Source: Fimbriosthenelais zetlandica
Lineage: Eukaryota
DNA: 64,000 bases
Direction of reading: 5' to 3'
Assembly: GCA_977030845.1 (NCBI GenBank)
Contig: OZ365118.1
Location: 19,158,001-19,222,000 of the forward strand
Positions 41,135 to 64,000 of the stretch are shown here, piece by piece (the first letter of the stretch is position 1; each line of letters begins with the position of its first letter). The notes under the pieces are model-generated. The model saw nothing but the letters and a program-made list of their open reading frames with translations. It did not search any database and was not told where the DNA came from. Position numbers and translations under genes: made by a program.

Positions 41135-44048
41135 AATAGGCTGGATACCTGCCTATTTGACCTCAAGTGACGACTGAGGAGGTATGCCATAATAGCGGCA
41201 TAACATGAGATATTAGATATTGGACGGCTTGTATAATGTTAGCCTCAGTCTGACTGACATAGGGTCAAACACTGACACTAATCCTGAGGCCAGAGAAAGG
41301 TCAATCACTCCTTCTCAGAACACATGATTATAAACTAAATACTGAATAAACATAACAGTATAAATATAATACACGCTCCTAGATTCACTGCTACAAGCCT
41401 GCCTTCAAATAAATGTCAATGCCCATTATATGACCTCAGACCACTGCCACCACTAGATCTTAATTTGGTTTTTTCAACAAACTACATCAAAGAACTGGGC
41501 TAATATCAGCTTATCATCTTATTGGGCTGTCTAACGCTGTTATGCACGCTTAATTTGACACAGTTTATCTTGTTTTTATTTTGACCACAACTAGATAAAA
41601 GAAATGATATGCTGGCAGTGTGGTGTGCCGACCTTACCCATCTGACATATCACGAAGCAGCTAACAACACATTCCCATGATCATCATGCTTACAGTATAA
41701 TGTGTATTCATTTTGAGCGAGAATGGACCAGCACAGGGCCTCTTGACAATTCTAAACACACACGTCCACACACACAACCTAACACACACGACAAGGCCAG
41801 TGACAAACCGCTTTCTTTTCTCTGGGGGCAGTGTGTGTAGGGGGGAAGGGCCATTGGGAGGCTGCTGTATTGTGTCATTTAGACTGCTATAGACCACCTG
41901 TGGGGGGTGAGCTGTGAATTTGGGTCATGGGCCTCTAGCTGGGGACAGTGACTACTACTAATGTACTACCATAAGAACATTGATTTAACTGACTAGTCGC
42001 ATCTTTAAACAAGCTTAAAATCACCCCTCCTTGGGGAGGACGGCTCCGAGTTGAAGTGAGACATTAGCACGTAGCGTGCAATATAAATATTATTCTAGGC
42101 AGGGTTATAACACAGAAGGTCTCTGCTAGCCTCACTAGATCCTGGTTCACGTACCTGTCTCTCACTCTCTAGCCTACAAACCGTAACCCATTTTCTGTCA
42201 ACTGTACACTCACCATTACTTTTTTTTCCCCAAAAGTAAATCTGTTATTTTGTTTGTTGAGGTCATATTTTTAGCCTAGGCACATCTTAACATGAATTTC
42301 TTTGCTATGAGATGGAATGGAGTCAATACATGACTTTTAGTGGTATAATAAGGCATATTTCATACCGGTACACAAATAAAAAAAATAGAAATTGCCAGGT
42401 CTTCCACAGTAATAAACTGCACAAAGATATGTCCGATGTTTTCCAGATATTAATGAGGCTACTCTCACTAAAATCTAAGTGTCAAAGTTAGGTTTAATGA
42501 CCTTTGGATAGCTTATAGTTACACTAAGGGACTTAAGTCTGAGAAGACATCTTGAAATTGCATGAGTGGGTTTCTGTAATTAAGTATACATTGGTAACCC
42601 TATGTCATACATGACAAAACATACATATTTCTGTACCTGTGGTTATGTTACAGCATTGTGTTCGACAGAAAATCCCGACCTAATTTGTCAGAACAAAAGA
42701 CAGGCCTATAGGTTTTGCTATTATAATCTTTAAGTTGGACCAATTTCAGCTTTAAGGATTATAAACTAGGCTTTTTGCTTTCTGATAGTATTCACAACAG
42801 ATGGGGGTCAAATTAACCTGTTTGGAACTGTAGACAACAAGTCTGTTCAAGATATATTTAAATATAAAGTTGATGGGACTAAGCATGACAATTAATACTA
42901 TTGCCGTACCGTTATCTACCTCTTTATAATTGAACATTCACAATTAACTATTGTACATCCAATCCTTTGTTCTCTGCTTAGTGATCCTTTAACTGCTGTG
43001 TGTATAAAAGTCATTCATGAGGAGAGGTAAGTATTTAAGCCAAATTTATGAATTAGTAGCCAAAATGAAGAAAAGATGACTAGATTATAAGCCTATACGA
43101 TTACTTCCTTTGCTGTTCCAATTTAAAGAGTTCGCTGTAAGATATGTTTAGTGTAGGCTGTAGCTACTCTATTTCATCAACTAGTCAATATTCCATTTTA
43201 ATAATTACCGTACAATAATTAAAAACTTATTTTAGAAACTTGCTACTTTTCCTAACTGCACAATTATACACCTGTTCCCTTTGTCATGTTCATGGTTGTG
43301 GAATTATTTTAAAGACATAATGTCATTTTACCTTTTCAAAAAACTGAGGAGTAGAGTTATAGATCAACTTATTCGGCATAGATGACAATAAGAAAGGTGT
43401 AAAACCAGTATAAGACCTTTTTGAACATCCATATCAAGCCATTGCATTACCATATATGGCATATATGGCAAGTCACAATGTGTATTGAAGTTGATTGAGC
43501 AATGTAAATCACAAAGTACACTCTCGCATAGTCAGGACCATTTAATAATGTCACAAACCTAATCTGAGACTTATCATGAACGTTATAAACACAGCATGAA
43601 TGAACCAAAATGATATACATGAATAAAGTAGCAATAAGAGCAAAAGTTGTTGAATAAACATGAACACATTTTCTCAACAATTGACAGCAAACCCTTTTGG
43701 GCCAAGTGACTGTGCAATGTGTATTGGTGTCTAAATTTACAGGGCACATAAACAAATACATTTATGAGTTCTACAAGGTGACTATACTGCTCCTACTTCC
43801 ATCAAATATCTCCTGAGATATCAACTAACAAAAGCTGATGAAGTACAACGACATTTACCATTGGAAATATCAACTGGGTCTTTCAAAATATGAGGCTGAC
43901 TAGTGACTACTCAGTCAAAATGGCATACACTGGTTCACCTATCTTCGCCCCACGTCCGACTACCATATTTGACCATACATTTCCAAGTGACCCAAAATGA
44001 AAACTAGCCAAATAATTCCACATCACAAATGGTAGAAAACTAACTCAC

Positions 44049-44065
44049 CTGTGTGTATCAGCCAT
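44049..44065 (-). CDS. AFF4: AFF/lilli first coding exon (MADTH + AG of split Arg codon)
   Basis: ATG GCT GAT ACA CAC AG followed by a consensus GTGAGT donor (44048-44043). The phase-2 end joins the exon at 31881 in frame (MADTHRSSMVDRK). It lies next to a CpG-rich promoter-like block. The symbol denotes the family (single invertebrate AFF1-4 ortholog). Confidence 0.7.
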
Positions 44066-44459
44066 GATGAAGTTATTTTGCCATAACAGAATATTGTGAC
44101 TAAGTTTTGTGCCTTTGTAGGCGGAGTTTCTTCACTCAAGTGAAGGGGATCTTTCAATCCTCACTTGTCCTCCACTCGGTCCTCACTTGGATTTTACAAG
44201 GCTACATCTTCGTTCAGGAAGAAGAGAATGGCAGCAGACTTGAAGAAGTCAGTGCCAATCACATTAAGAGTGTCCACCACCAATAAATGAATAAATAGTC
44301 CAGTATTTCCAGAGATTCTTCAAGAAATTGAACGATATCTGGTAAATTCCACCACCACTGAAACCCCAAAATAACCCTATGTACAGTGCGACCAGTCGAT
44401 ATTCCTACGCCGATTGACAAATCCTTCAGTTCAACGTTCTAGGGACTTAACTGTTCTAA

Positions 44460-44660
44460 ACACTTCCTCTTCGCCATATTGAATAATTCTATCCACTTCT
44501 AAGACTGTTTTCGCCCCCAAAATAGAGGAAAACTTGCAACAATAACAAGTACTATTGGAGGTTCTTTGCTCGGATGGATATCTCCGCCGGAAGTGAGTGA
44601 GTGCGGAGTACGTCAGAGAGCACGTGACTGCCATCCGCCGGCCACCGATGGCGTTTCAAG
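44460..44660. promoter_or_regulatory. Putative bidirectional housekeeping promoter between AFF and PRMT9
   Basis: CpG-rich block between the divergent genes with an ETS motif CCGGAAGTG (44587-44595), an E-box CACGTGAC (44621-44628) and a YY1-like CGCCATATT (44472-44480). The TSS cannot be located from sequence. Confidence 0.6.
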
Positions 44661-45853
44661 CAGAAGAAATTAAACATCGCACATTCTCATGGCGAAAAAT
44701 ATTGAATAAATCACTCTATTATAAATCCCCGGGGGGCTTCTTGTTATGAGCCCAGATTCAAAATCTGATATTAACATGATCGGGAAATATGCTGAATCAT
44801 TATTGTCTACGGAAATGAATCTGCAATGGCTGCCAGTGTTGAGTGACTTTAACTTCAAAGGCTTTAGATTTTATCTCAGTGGTGGATGGGGACTTCATCA
44901 TGCCCCAATCTTGCAGGTACGACTACTTCAGTGGCGACACCCCGTGGCTTTGACTAGAATCATACGAGCCCCAAGTCCACTGAGCTGTCTACGGCTCGGT
45001 CACGCCACAGGTGGGATTTTCATAAACTATAGATCCAGGAACATAGCAGTTCATACCTGAACTACGACACAAAGTAGGCGTAGCAGACACAGGATCAGGT
45101 AGGCCATGCACTAAATTATCCTTCCTGCCAACAATTCACGTCTAATTGTAATATTAAACCGTCATAAAATTGATAGATCGTCTACCCAACACTATCCATT
45201 TCGTGCTGCACGTATCTTGATGTAGAAACCGGTAATGTTTATGTGGAATGTAAATTATCTCTGAGCGATAATAAGGGAAAACCAGTAGGTGTGACGATGC
45301 ATTTGGAATTCCGCATCATAGAAAGGTAGAAGTTTGGACGATTTCACTTCCCCTGTCGAATACTGCGGCATCGGTCAGTCATGGTAAAGTGTATACTCTA
45401 ACAGCTGATTCTATAAGGAACTAAAATGAAGCTTTTATTTGCTGCTATGATGGTTTTTAACCCTGTTAGCAGATGTCATTCCTAATTTTAATATTAATGT
45501 AGGATGAGAAAGTGAACTGTAGATCTATAGGAAACCAGTGACAATCAGCTATTTGAGGTTTTATCGAGTATCGTTATTTTGTTCAAAAAGACATGTCCTC
45601 TGAGAGTATAAGTATGCCTAATGCTAAGGTCATTTGTCCAAAAATATATTACATCATATAGGCTAAAGTATTTTAAGAATATTATTAATATTATAGCAGG
45701 CCAAGGCAAGCAATACCAATAGGCTGTTGCATAAAATCTATTTAATCTCTTTTGATTCCTTTAATGTCATTTTAACTCCTTCTACATGTGGTTCTAATCT
45801 ATTTTGTGTCCATTATTGTGTAGATGTGGTTCTAGGTTTGAGATCACAAGGTC

Positions 45854-48800
45854 ATGGACTCTGGGGGTCAGAGCCAGGAGGAGGAAGTGGCCAATGAGTG
45901 CCATCAGCGAGCTCAGCAGGCCCTCCTCCAAGGTAAAACACCAACATTCTCCATCCCAATATTGTAACTCATTTTAATGAGCAGAAATTCTTACTTTGTC
46001 AAACCCAGGGCTATAATTCAACCTGGATATTAATCCATTGCACTCATGGAGTGAGCAATATAGAGCAGCTCATATGTATTTGTCTCAGGTTTTTAATTTC
46101 CTCCATTATTTGAATAATCATAATCTTAGAATATTGTCCCTAGTATAAACCAATAGTCGGCCTACACAGGCCTCGATATTACCATTTTTCACACCTTTTG
46201 TTGTCTCTTTTTGCTCAGGTAACTATGGGCGTGCCTTTGCTCACTACCTACTCTTGGTACGTATGTCACCCACCATGAGATCTGAGGTGAAGGATAGTAT
46301 GACCCTGGCTTTACGTGAGTGGGCTGATCAGCTGGAGGTAGCTGGACGTGGACATGATGTACTCGCCTGCTATCAACAAGCTTGTGATGTGTTCCCTGAC
46401 TGTGAGACGATGCTCAGCAACATGGGAGCTCACCTGTTCAGGTAGGTAATAATCGAGGTAAAAATGGACTGATAGAAAACCATATCTTCTATTTAGCTTA
46501 GATCATCTCAGTTATCTCTGTTTAGAGTTACAAGATCATCCCTATTTAAATCAGAAGATGATCATTTGAGGTAAGTATTTAGATTATTTTCAAGACTTTG
46601 AATGGAGACAGTGATATGGCCCTAATTATGAATATTTTATTTCCTCTGTTCTAGGCTTGGGTATATTGACGAGGCCGCGTGCTGTTTCCGCAGGGCACTC
46701 CGTATTAACCCGGAATTTCTAGGCGCCAGAGAAAACCTGGACAATGTCTGTGGTCACCTCGTGGAAAGATGGCATTTTCGGATGCTCAACGACATCGCGC
46801 GAAACTCCAAGTTCCGTGATGCCATTCACGCAGCGGTGGAGAATGGCCATCAACGAATCCTGGATATTGGTACTGGCACAGGGCTGCTCAGGTATGGGGC
46901 TTACTGTACTGTTTATATGGGGAAAATAGTGATTAATTATCTATAAATTTATATAGTGATCAATTGTCCCTATAGATAAACCTCTGAACCTGGAAATTCC
47001 AAAGATATACATGTATTTTTATATCAAATATTTGCTATCCTAACTGTTACTGTTTTCAGTTTGTTCGCGGTGGAGGCTGGAGCCAGTGAGATCTATGGGT
47101 GTGAGATGTCTAAGACCATGTACGATGTAGCGTGTGATGTGCTGCGTGGGAATCAAGCCGCAGAACGGGTCACACTCATACATAAAAAATCCACCGATCT
47201 AAAAATACCGGAAGATCTCCCTGAGAAGTAAGAATTTCTCAATCTTCTATCTTATTCAGAGCCTATATTGATCTTTTGACCGTCTCATGAAAGTAAAAAA
47301 TGATAGTAAAAATTGAGTCAATTTTTGGTTTTGTGAATGGTATCATGTTGTCATTGTATACCTAACTAACTTGGTTTCTGTTAACAGAGTGAATCTGATA
47401 GTGACTGAGACATTTGACGCGGGACTACTGGGAGAGAGAATCTTATCCACCTTAAGTCATGCCTGGAAAGAACTACTTCAACCGAACGAGGAAAAGAACA
47501 ACAAGAAAGGGCGCAACAAGACATCCAAACCCAAGGTATGAATAATCCAGATAGTTCATAAAATATCCCTATTACAATTTAAGCAGCTCGATGTGTGCTA
47601 TATATTAAAATATTAAATCTGACAATTTTTTTCTAACAGAGCTGCGTCATTCCGGCCAGCGCCGTGGTACATATTGCGGCCATTGAGTGCGAATACATCA
47701 GAAAGAATAACAGGTAGGCCTTTATGTTTCTCCCTAAATGAAAACTCCAATCATTGCTAATTATTTTAGATTTTTAAGATTGAAAGCTAACCAACTCCGT
47801 GTACATGCTCATTTACTGAAGATTAAAGAGTTTTCAACCTGTAAAATATACTGAATATAAATAAATGAATATAAAAATTTATGTTTGACTTAGGTTACTG
47901 TACCCGGGACTGAGACACGTCGACCTATCAGAGGTAAACATTGTATGTCGTACTGGTCAGACTAATGGCTGTCATAGTGAGGAGGAACCTAGTGAGTGGG
48001 AACCATACACCACAGAGAAACTGAGCGAGGTTCCCGGCGGATATAAACTACTGTCTGAGGTTACTGAGGCGCTACAACTAGACTTTAACAACCCCAGGGT
48101 GAGTAGATCTACATGCTGAATCACTTATAAAACAGTCTAAACAAGTATACTGAAAATATAGTCATAAATGTACTTGTCATATACTTGTCATATATACTTG
48201 TCGTATATACTTGTCATATACATCTATGTGTATTTGAATGACAGATGATTGAGACGTATCTCCAGGGAGCAGCTCACGACCTGACCTTGCCTGTCACTCG
48301 TCAAGGTCGCCTGGACGCTATAGCTCTGTGGTTTGACCTTGAATTGTATGACAAGGTGACAATCAGCACTTCACCAGAGACAGAGAGCTGCTGGGAACAG
48401 GCCATCTATCCCTGTCTCCCCTCTCACCTCAGAGGCGGAGGTAAGTAGACTTTACTTGTTAGGTTTAGTATAAGATATTTCTGGCGTGCCACCACATTGT
48501 GGGTGGCACGGCTCTGCTCTGTTTGCTACATTAATGTGACATGTTTCAGTCTGATATTTATCTGTATTTTCTCGTTATTTTCAGTGATTCGGGACAGTCT
48601 ACTAGTAAAGCCTGGTGAGAGTCTACAGGTAGCCTGTGTGTGTAGTAATAATGCTCTGTCCATTCAGTGTACTGAGTTACGACCTGTCCTCCACTCTACC
48701 TCCTCCACCACCGCTCTCAATACTTCACTCCTGTGTCAGTACGACTCCCAGACCAGGAACCCAGCACATCTACACATACCCACTAATACTGCAGCAACTA

Positions 48801-51262
48801 GTGATTCAGACCCTCTCAAAGACTCAACCAGTAACATCAGGTCACCTCATAATTACGACCTGACCATATGCAAGCCTGAAATCAACAGTACCTATCTCTA
48901 CCAGCAAGCACATGAAAGTTCACCGCCTCAGATGTTACCACCGTACGTGGGTCAGCCTCACGCCAGCCTGTCGCAGCCTCACGCCAGCCTGTCGCAGTCT
49001 CACGCCAGCTTGTCGCAGCCTCACGCCAGCCTGTCGCAGCCTCACGCCAGCCTGTCTCAGCCTCACGCCAGCCTGTCTCAGCCTCACGCCAGCCTGTCGC
49101 AGCCACACGCCAGCCTGTCGCAGCCTCACGCCAGCCTCACACAGCCCTCTCTCATGTCTACACAGACTGTGTGGCAGCAGGCTGGACCATGGTTCCACGA
49201 CCCAGTGTGGCCACAGATTCACCCAGCCTGGCCACAGCAGGATCCACGACTGTGGCCTCAACCACCACTCTACCAACCAAACCCCTACCAACCACCTCAA
49301 CCCCAGCAAAAACCACCACTCACCCCCTCACAATACCAGTGTCAGCAGCAACAACAACAGCAAAACCACAAACAGTCTAATCATACAAGGCAGCTACCTA
49401 ACCTACATACTAATGTAGCTCCCCGATCTGAGCCCCCTCCCCCACCCCTCCCCCCACCACCTCCCCCATCACAACTCAATGAGTCTCACTCCGCCGCGGT
49501 CCTCCCACCCCCTGCTGACTCGTCTATATTGTTTAGTAACATTCAGTCCATGCCTACATACACCACTAGTTATCCCAGGAACCCCCATGAACCGACACAC
49601 CCCAACCCCCGGGAAGTGTTACCCTCGCCCAGTGTGGAGTATACTAACTTCCTGAGACAGCAGCTGAGGGACGCAGTACACGCGGCTGAGATGGATGCCA
49701 CGTACCGGTCATTCGTCATCAGATCTCAGACAGCTCCTGATGTGAGGAATGCCTCCACATCACAGAGTATACCTACCACCCCCGGCACCTCAGCCTCTAA
49801 TTCCAAAGACACTACCCCCAGCACTGTCTGGTCAAACTGGACCTGGGGTCAGCCTATATCACGGTCAGTCGACTCATTGGTCACTGCGGCCAAGCAGGGT
49901 TACTTGAACAATGCTGCCAAGGAAACATTTTTACTTGACCGCTACGAGCTTAGTCGTCTCAACGACATTGACTCTAACACTGCCTTCTGCGCTGCTTTAG
50001 AAAAAGTGAAGCGCAATCAATTCCAAAGTAAAGGTTTCACCATGTTAGATTTGACGAGGGGCTTTTCTACCTTGCCTCTACAGTCCCTTAAGATAGGAGT
50101 AACAGAGGTAGGCATCATGGAGACAGGGAGTCAGACAGAGACTGAGTTACTGTGCTGTCTGGCTCCCACTAATGGACTCAGTCCCAGTGCTGTACGTTTT
50201 CTGTGTGGTAGTGTAGAAGATGCTGAGCCTGAGTGGGATGTGGTCCTCACTGAATTAATAGATCACTGTGGCGCCCTCACTCAACAAGTTCTAGAACAAA
50301 TAGCCCTCGCCAGGTATGTACACTCCATCACAAATCTCCATATCTCTTCATAATGCAAAGGGCAGATCTTTGTGTGCCAACAGAGTGTTTCCTATTGTCC
50401 AGAGACAGCTCGAAATTTGCTGGACTTTAAGCATATATTCACACCATTTTATTCATAATTTAGAAATGCTCCACGGAAATCTGGCTCCATTAGAAATATT
50501 CATGGAGTAGATCTATTAATATTGTGTCTTCATTGTAAGATTGAGTATTATTTTTAAGATAATTATTCATGTTTTCAGAGTGACGTGTTTAAGTCCTGGC
50601 GGGGTGGTAGTGCCCTGGGCAGCCACTGTCTATGGGATGGTGGTCGACTCTCAGTCATTACTCAATGATTCAGCCGTCATCAGTGATGAACATACACTAG
50701 ATCTACAGGTGGCTCAGTATATGAACGATTTCCAGGTAGGTTCAGTCTGATTCTGACCACTTTAAGACTGGGGAATAAGTTAAAACTGAATAATGAACTG
50801 AATTCCAAAATTGATGCTGATTATTGACATTGATTGTAGAAAAAATCTGCTTATATTTATAATATTTCTTCTGTTGTTGATGATAAAACTTTATAATTTC
50901 AGATGACCACACATGTTGACATCTCCCTCAGCACATTAGTCTACAAGAAGCTTTCACAGCCTTTTGAACTTTTCAAATTTAACTTCAATGACAAGACAGC
51001 GTCTAAGGTTCCCGAGTTTCTCAACCAGTCAGCTCAGCTGAAGGTGAATGCCATAGACAGTGGGCAGGTGACGGCTGTCGTCTACTGGTTTGAACTGTTT
51101 CTCACACCTGAAGTGAAGCTATCTACGTTAGACACTAAGTTACGGTGGAAGCAGGCGGCCGTCATGCAGAAAGCCCGGCCTGACGTGGCCGTAGGTCGGT
51201 CTATGACCATCAAGGCCGCGTGTAAAAATAGCTGTATAGACATTAAAGTTTTACTTAATTAA
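45854..51262 (+). CDS. PRMT9: Protein arginine N-methyltransferase 9 (TPR + two methyltransferase modules), 1191 aa. Exons 45854-45932, 46219-46441, 46655-46891, 47060-47227, 47388-47535, 47640-47713, 47894-48098, 48245-48440, 48585-50313, 50579-50735, 50903-51262
   Basis: All introns are GT-AG and phases close (3576 nt including stop). Motifs [76 protein letters not shown] and WKQAA match human PRMT9. Confidence 0.96.
48953..49141 (+). repeat. Coding 21-bp tandem repeat in PRMT9 (9 x QPHASLS)
   Basis: cagcctcacgccagcctgtcg units, in frame within the 1729-nt exon. Confidence 0.97.
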
Positions 51263-51343
51263 AAATCACGAGTACATTGTTAACGGCTGTGTATGTAGGT
51301 CGATTTTCATGAATGGTTTCTAAAATTTCTATTTTGAATGTGA

Positions 51344-51349
51344 AATAAA
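51344..51349 (+). terminator. Putative PRMT9 polyadenylation signal
   Basis: AATAAA about 80 nt after the PRMT9 stop codon. Confidence 0.45.
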
Positions 51350-54063
51350 TGCACATGGTTCATATATATTATGTTACGAAATAACTGGAATCTTTTCTCT
51401 TTAAAGTACTAGATTAGTCATATCAGTTTGAAGATGACATTTAAAAGTTGATTCATTTATGAAAATCGATTATGTGCACAATGTGAAAGCAAACCCAAAC
51501 TGTCACATAAAGGTTTATGTATTTTTTCATGTTCATGTATTCTGTTTTTCATTATTGAATTATTTTATTTATTGAGAGTTTCCTGGAGATATTCTATGAC
51601 ATATAATGGACATGATTCACACTTCTTTCTCCCGTGTAGACATTGTATTAGATTTCTACCACTTTACTACTGGATGCTAGCATCCTGGTGTGTGTACGGA
51701 GTGTCTTATACTGAGAGTCAATCACTTGTTGTAGATATCGCTAGTGGGAAGGTTGTTGGTTATTGGGCCTGTGATGATGAACGTTCAAAGGATAAATTCT
51801 TATTAAGATTTAATTAATTAGTAAGATTAGTAATTAAACTTTTAATGATCCTTGTACAAAAACCGTAGTCACTACTTGAAATAGATGGTGCAGTCTGTAA
51901 TTTATTCTGTAATACAGAATTCATTCTGTAATACTGTATTTAGATTCTTTTCGTGTGAATATATTTTTTGATGATTAGCTAAATGTAATGTATATATTGT
52001 TATGTTATGATTTATGTCAGCCTTAGCCCTGAGGCGATGCGTTTGTTGTATGAAATTCCATATTGTTTCTTTCGTGCTTGAGTTACATTTCCATTGCCGA
52101 ATTATTCACTTCTCAAGACATTTATTATGAATATCAAATGCGCTGTGCATCTATCCCCCAATTTTCGCGTTGAATGTCTAGGTAATGATCTAGGGTATTT
52201 TGTTGACTGGCCAATATTTACAATTGTACAACGTCAAATTAAGCTTGAGTTTATATGCTATGTTTCTCTAATTATTGACCTTAGTCCCATGTAATAACTG
52301 TTATAGCCTCGCTGCATGATTACAGTTTGATAAAGCTATCAACTCTAGTGTATCCTAGTGAAGGGTAGCAGCTGTGTAAAGGATGACAAGGTGACTCTAG
52401 TTGATACCTAGCATTGTGTGCACTGTAAATCACTAACATACAGTGTAATCATTTATATTATAGTTCCCCCGCTCTACCAAGACCCCTCTAGATCCTTCAC
52501 TGTTATGTTTAAGTTTAAATAAGCAATCCTCCATTAAATACTTCATTAAACTTATTATTTTCTGTGAATGAAAAATTTGCATAGTGTAGACTAATCTATA
52601 CTTGTTAGTTTACACAAGCCTTTAATACTGTAGCCAACTAGTTAATCCTCTACTTAGTGGACATAATTTGAAACCGGGTATAGAATCTGTATAATATAGA
52701 TTATTTTTGGTTTGTGCTGTTGGAAATCTCAGTTATGCCTACATATTTGTTGAGAATAGGCTATCTATGCTTAGCCAGTCTTGCACATAGACATATTAAT
52801 AGTACATTACCAGTTAAACTGTACAGTATTGTTAGTTGATATTTTATGAAAGTTCTGAGCTGAACTTAGTAAGTTTGTTAATTTATATATATCCCAGTTC
52901 CACTCATTCATCACTGCATGTCAGCCCTATACTCTCACTCTCAATGCCGAACAACAAAGTGTGAAGCTATAGTATTATGATGTTAGATAAATAAATCATG
53001 AGTAGGTACAAATTATTGATAAAACCAAATCCTGCATCACAGTAGATGTGTAGAAAGAATTGTTCATTAATTTTTCTGATTGTAAGTCGTGTAACAAATA
53101 TTTTCATAAATGAGGACACTATTCAATACTATGGTCGACAAATAAATTATTTGATTTTGCTTAGCAGATTTTTGCTATGCAAATTGTTGAAATAATTCCT
53201 TGTTTTTTATTGGAATTTTTCGAAATATAGAGTTTCTCTCCTATTTACAAGGCCCTTTGACAGGTCTGCCCCACAACCATATCCTGGCTTAGTTCTCAAT
53301 TTTCCCAACCGTGTCACCACCATACGTGCCCCTAATTCAATAGTAAACCAATGGGGGCAAGAAAGGCACCATTTTCTTGATGCGGCGCCTATATTTTACC
53401 CAATTTCCAAACAATGTGGTCACCCAGGGAGAAATAAAAGGTACAAATATCTTTTTAAGATTCCCTATTCACTGAGTGGATAAAAGGATGAATAAAGTTG
53501 CATATAAATGTGGTCGTCATATTTCCCTACATGTCTAATCGATAAACCCCAGGTAATGGTAACCTATCGACTCCTCGATATATTATTAATTACCTACGGA
53601 TTAACAGGCGATTCCAAGTCATTCAAATATTAAATATCTATCGAGTAATGATATAGATGATCGGTTAGTAGCATTAATGAAGAATTAATCAATTTAAATC
53701 GCTACCCGACAGTAAATAGGACATGTCGATTGGGACTGACCATTTTATCGTTAACATACGCCTTACAGACGTCATCCTGGATGGCGGATGAACATATCCT
53801 CATAGTGAGTATTTCTAGTGTTTTTTTTATTCCGCTGAATGAAATATTTTAAATTGGCCTGATTGCACAATTATTTCGATAATTACTCTCCCTGTATCCT
53901 CTACGATCTCTTGGGAACCTGTATAAAATAGAAACACGTTTCTTTCTAGGAACTATATTCTTGCATTGAGTGAGTGAGAGGGTCCAGACGGTAGTCGCCA
54001 TTAAGGACGCTTTCATTGTTAACCGAACTTCGTATCAGACTAGTCTCTTTTATCAGATTTCCA

Positions 54064-64000
<9,937 letters not shown>

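Overview
Intron-rich metazoan (non-vertebrate-looking) genomic DNA; the species cannot be identified from sequence alone. Three genes were reconstructed by hand from splice signals and protein homology. (1) An AF4/FMR2-family gene (AFF/lilli, super elongation complex scaffold) on the minus strand. Its first four coding exons are 44049-44065, 31758-31881, 29364-30359 and 12268-12309, separated by introns up to 17 kb, and the gene runs off the left edge. (2) A complete PRMT9 on the plus strand (11 coding exons, 45854-51262, 1191 aa), head-to-head with AFF, with a roughly 350-aa low-complexity insertion containing a 9x QPHASLS heptad. (3) O-GlcNAc transferase (OGT) on the plus strand from 54064, running off the right edge. 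The main signal is a set of apparent splicing-control elements. The 2.8-kb OGT intron 4 lies at the same position as the O-GlcNAc-responsive detained intron of mammals. It contains a PTC-bearing decoy/poison exon, extra decoy 3' splice sites, a distant branch point with a 151-nt AG-free zone, and nested long-range complementary segments. OGT also has a candidate 15-nt in-frame microexon. AFF has a candidate 8-nt stop-codon microexon, a candidate alternative terminal exon and start-stop uORFs. None of these alternative elements is confirmed by transcript data here.
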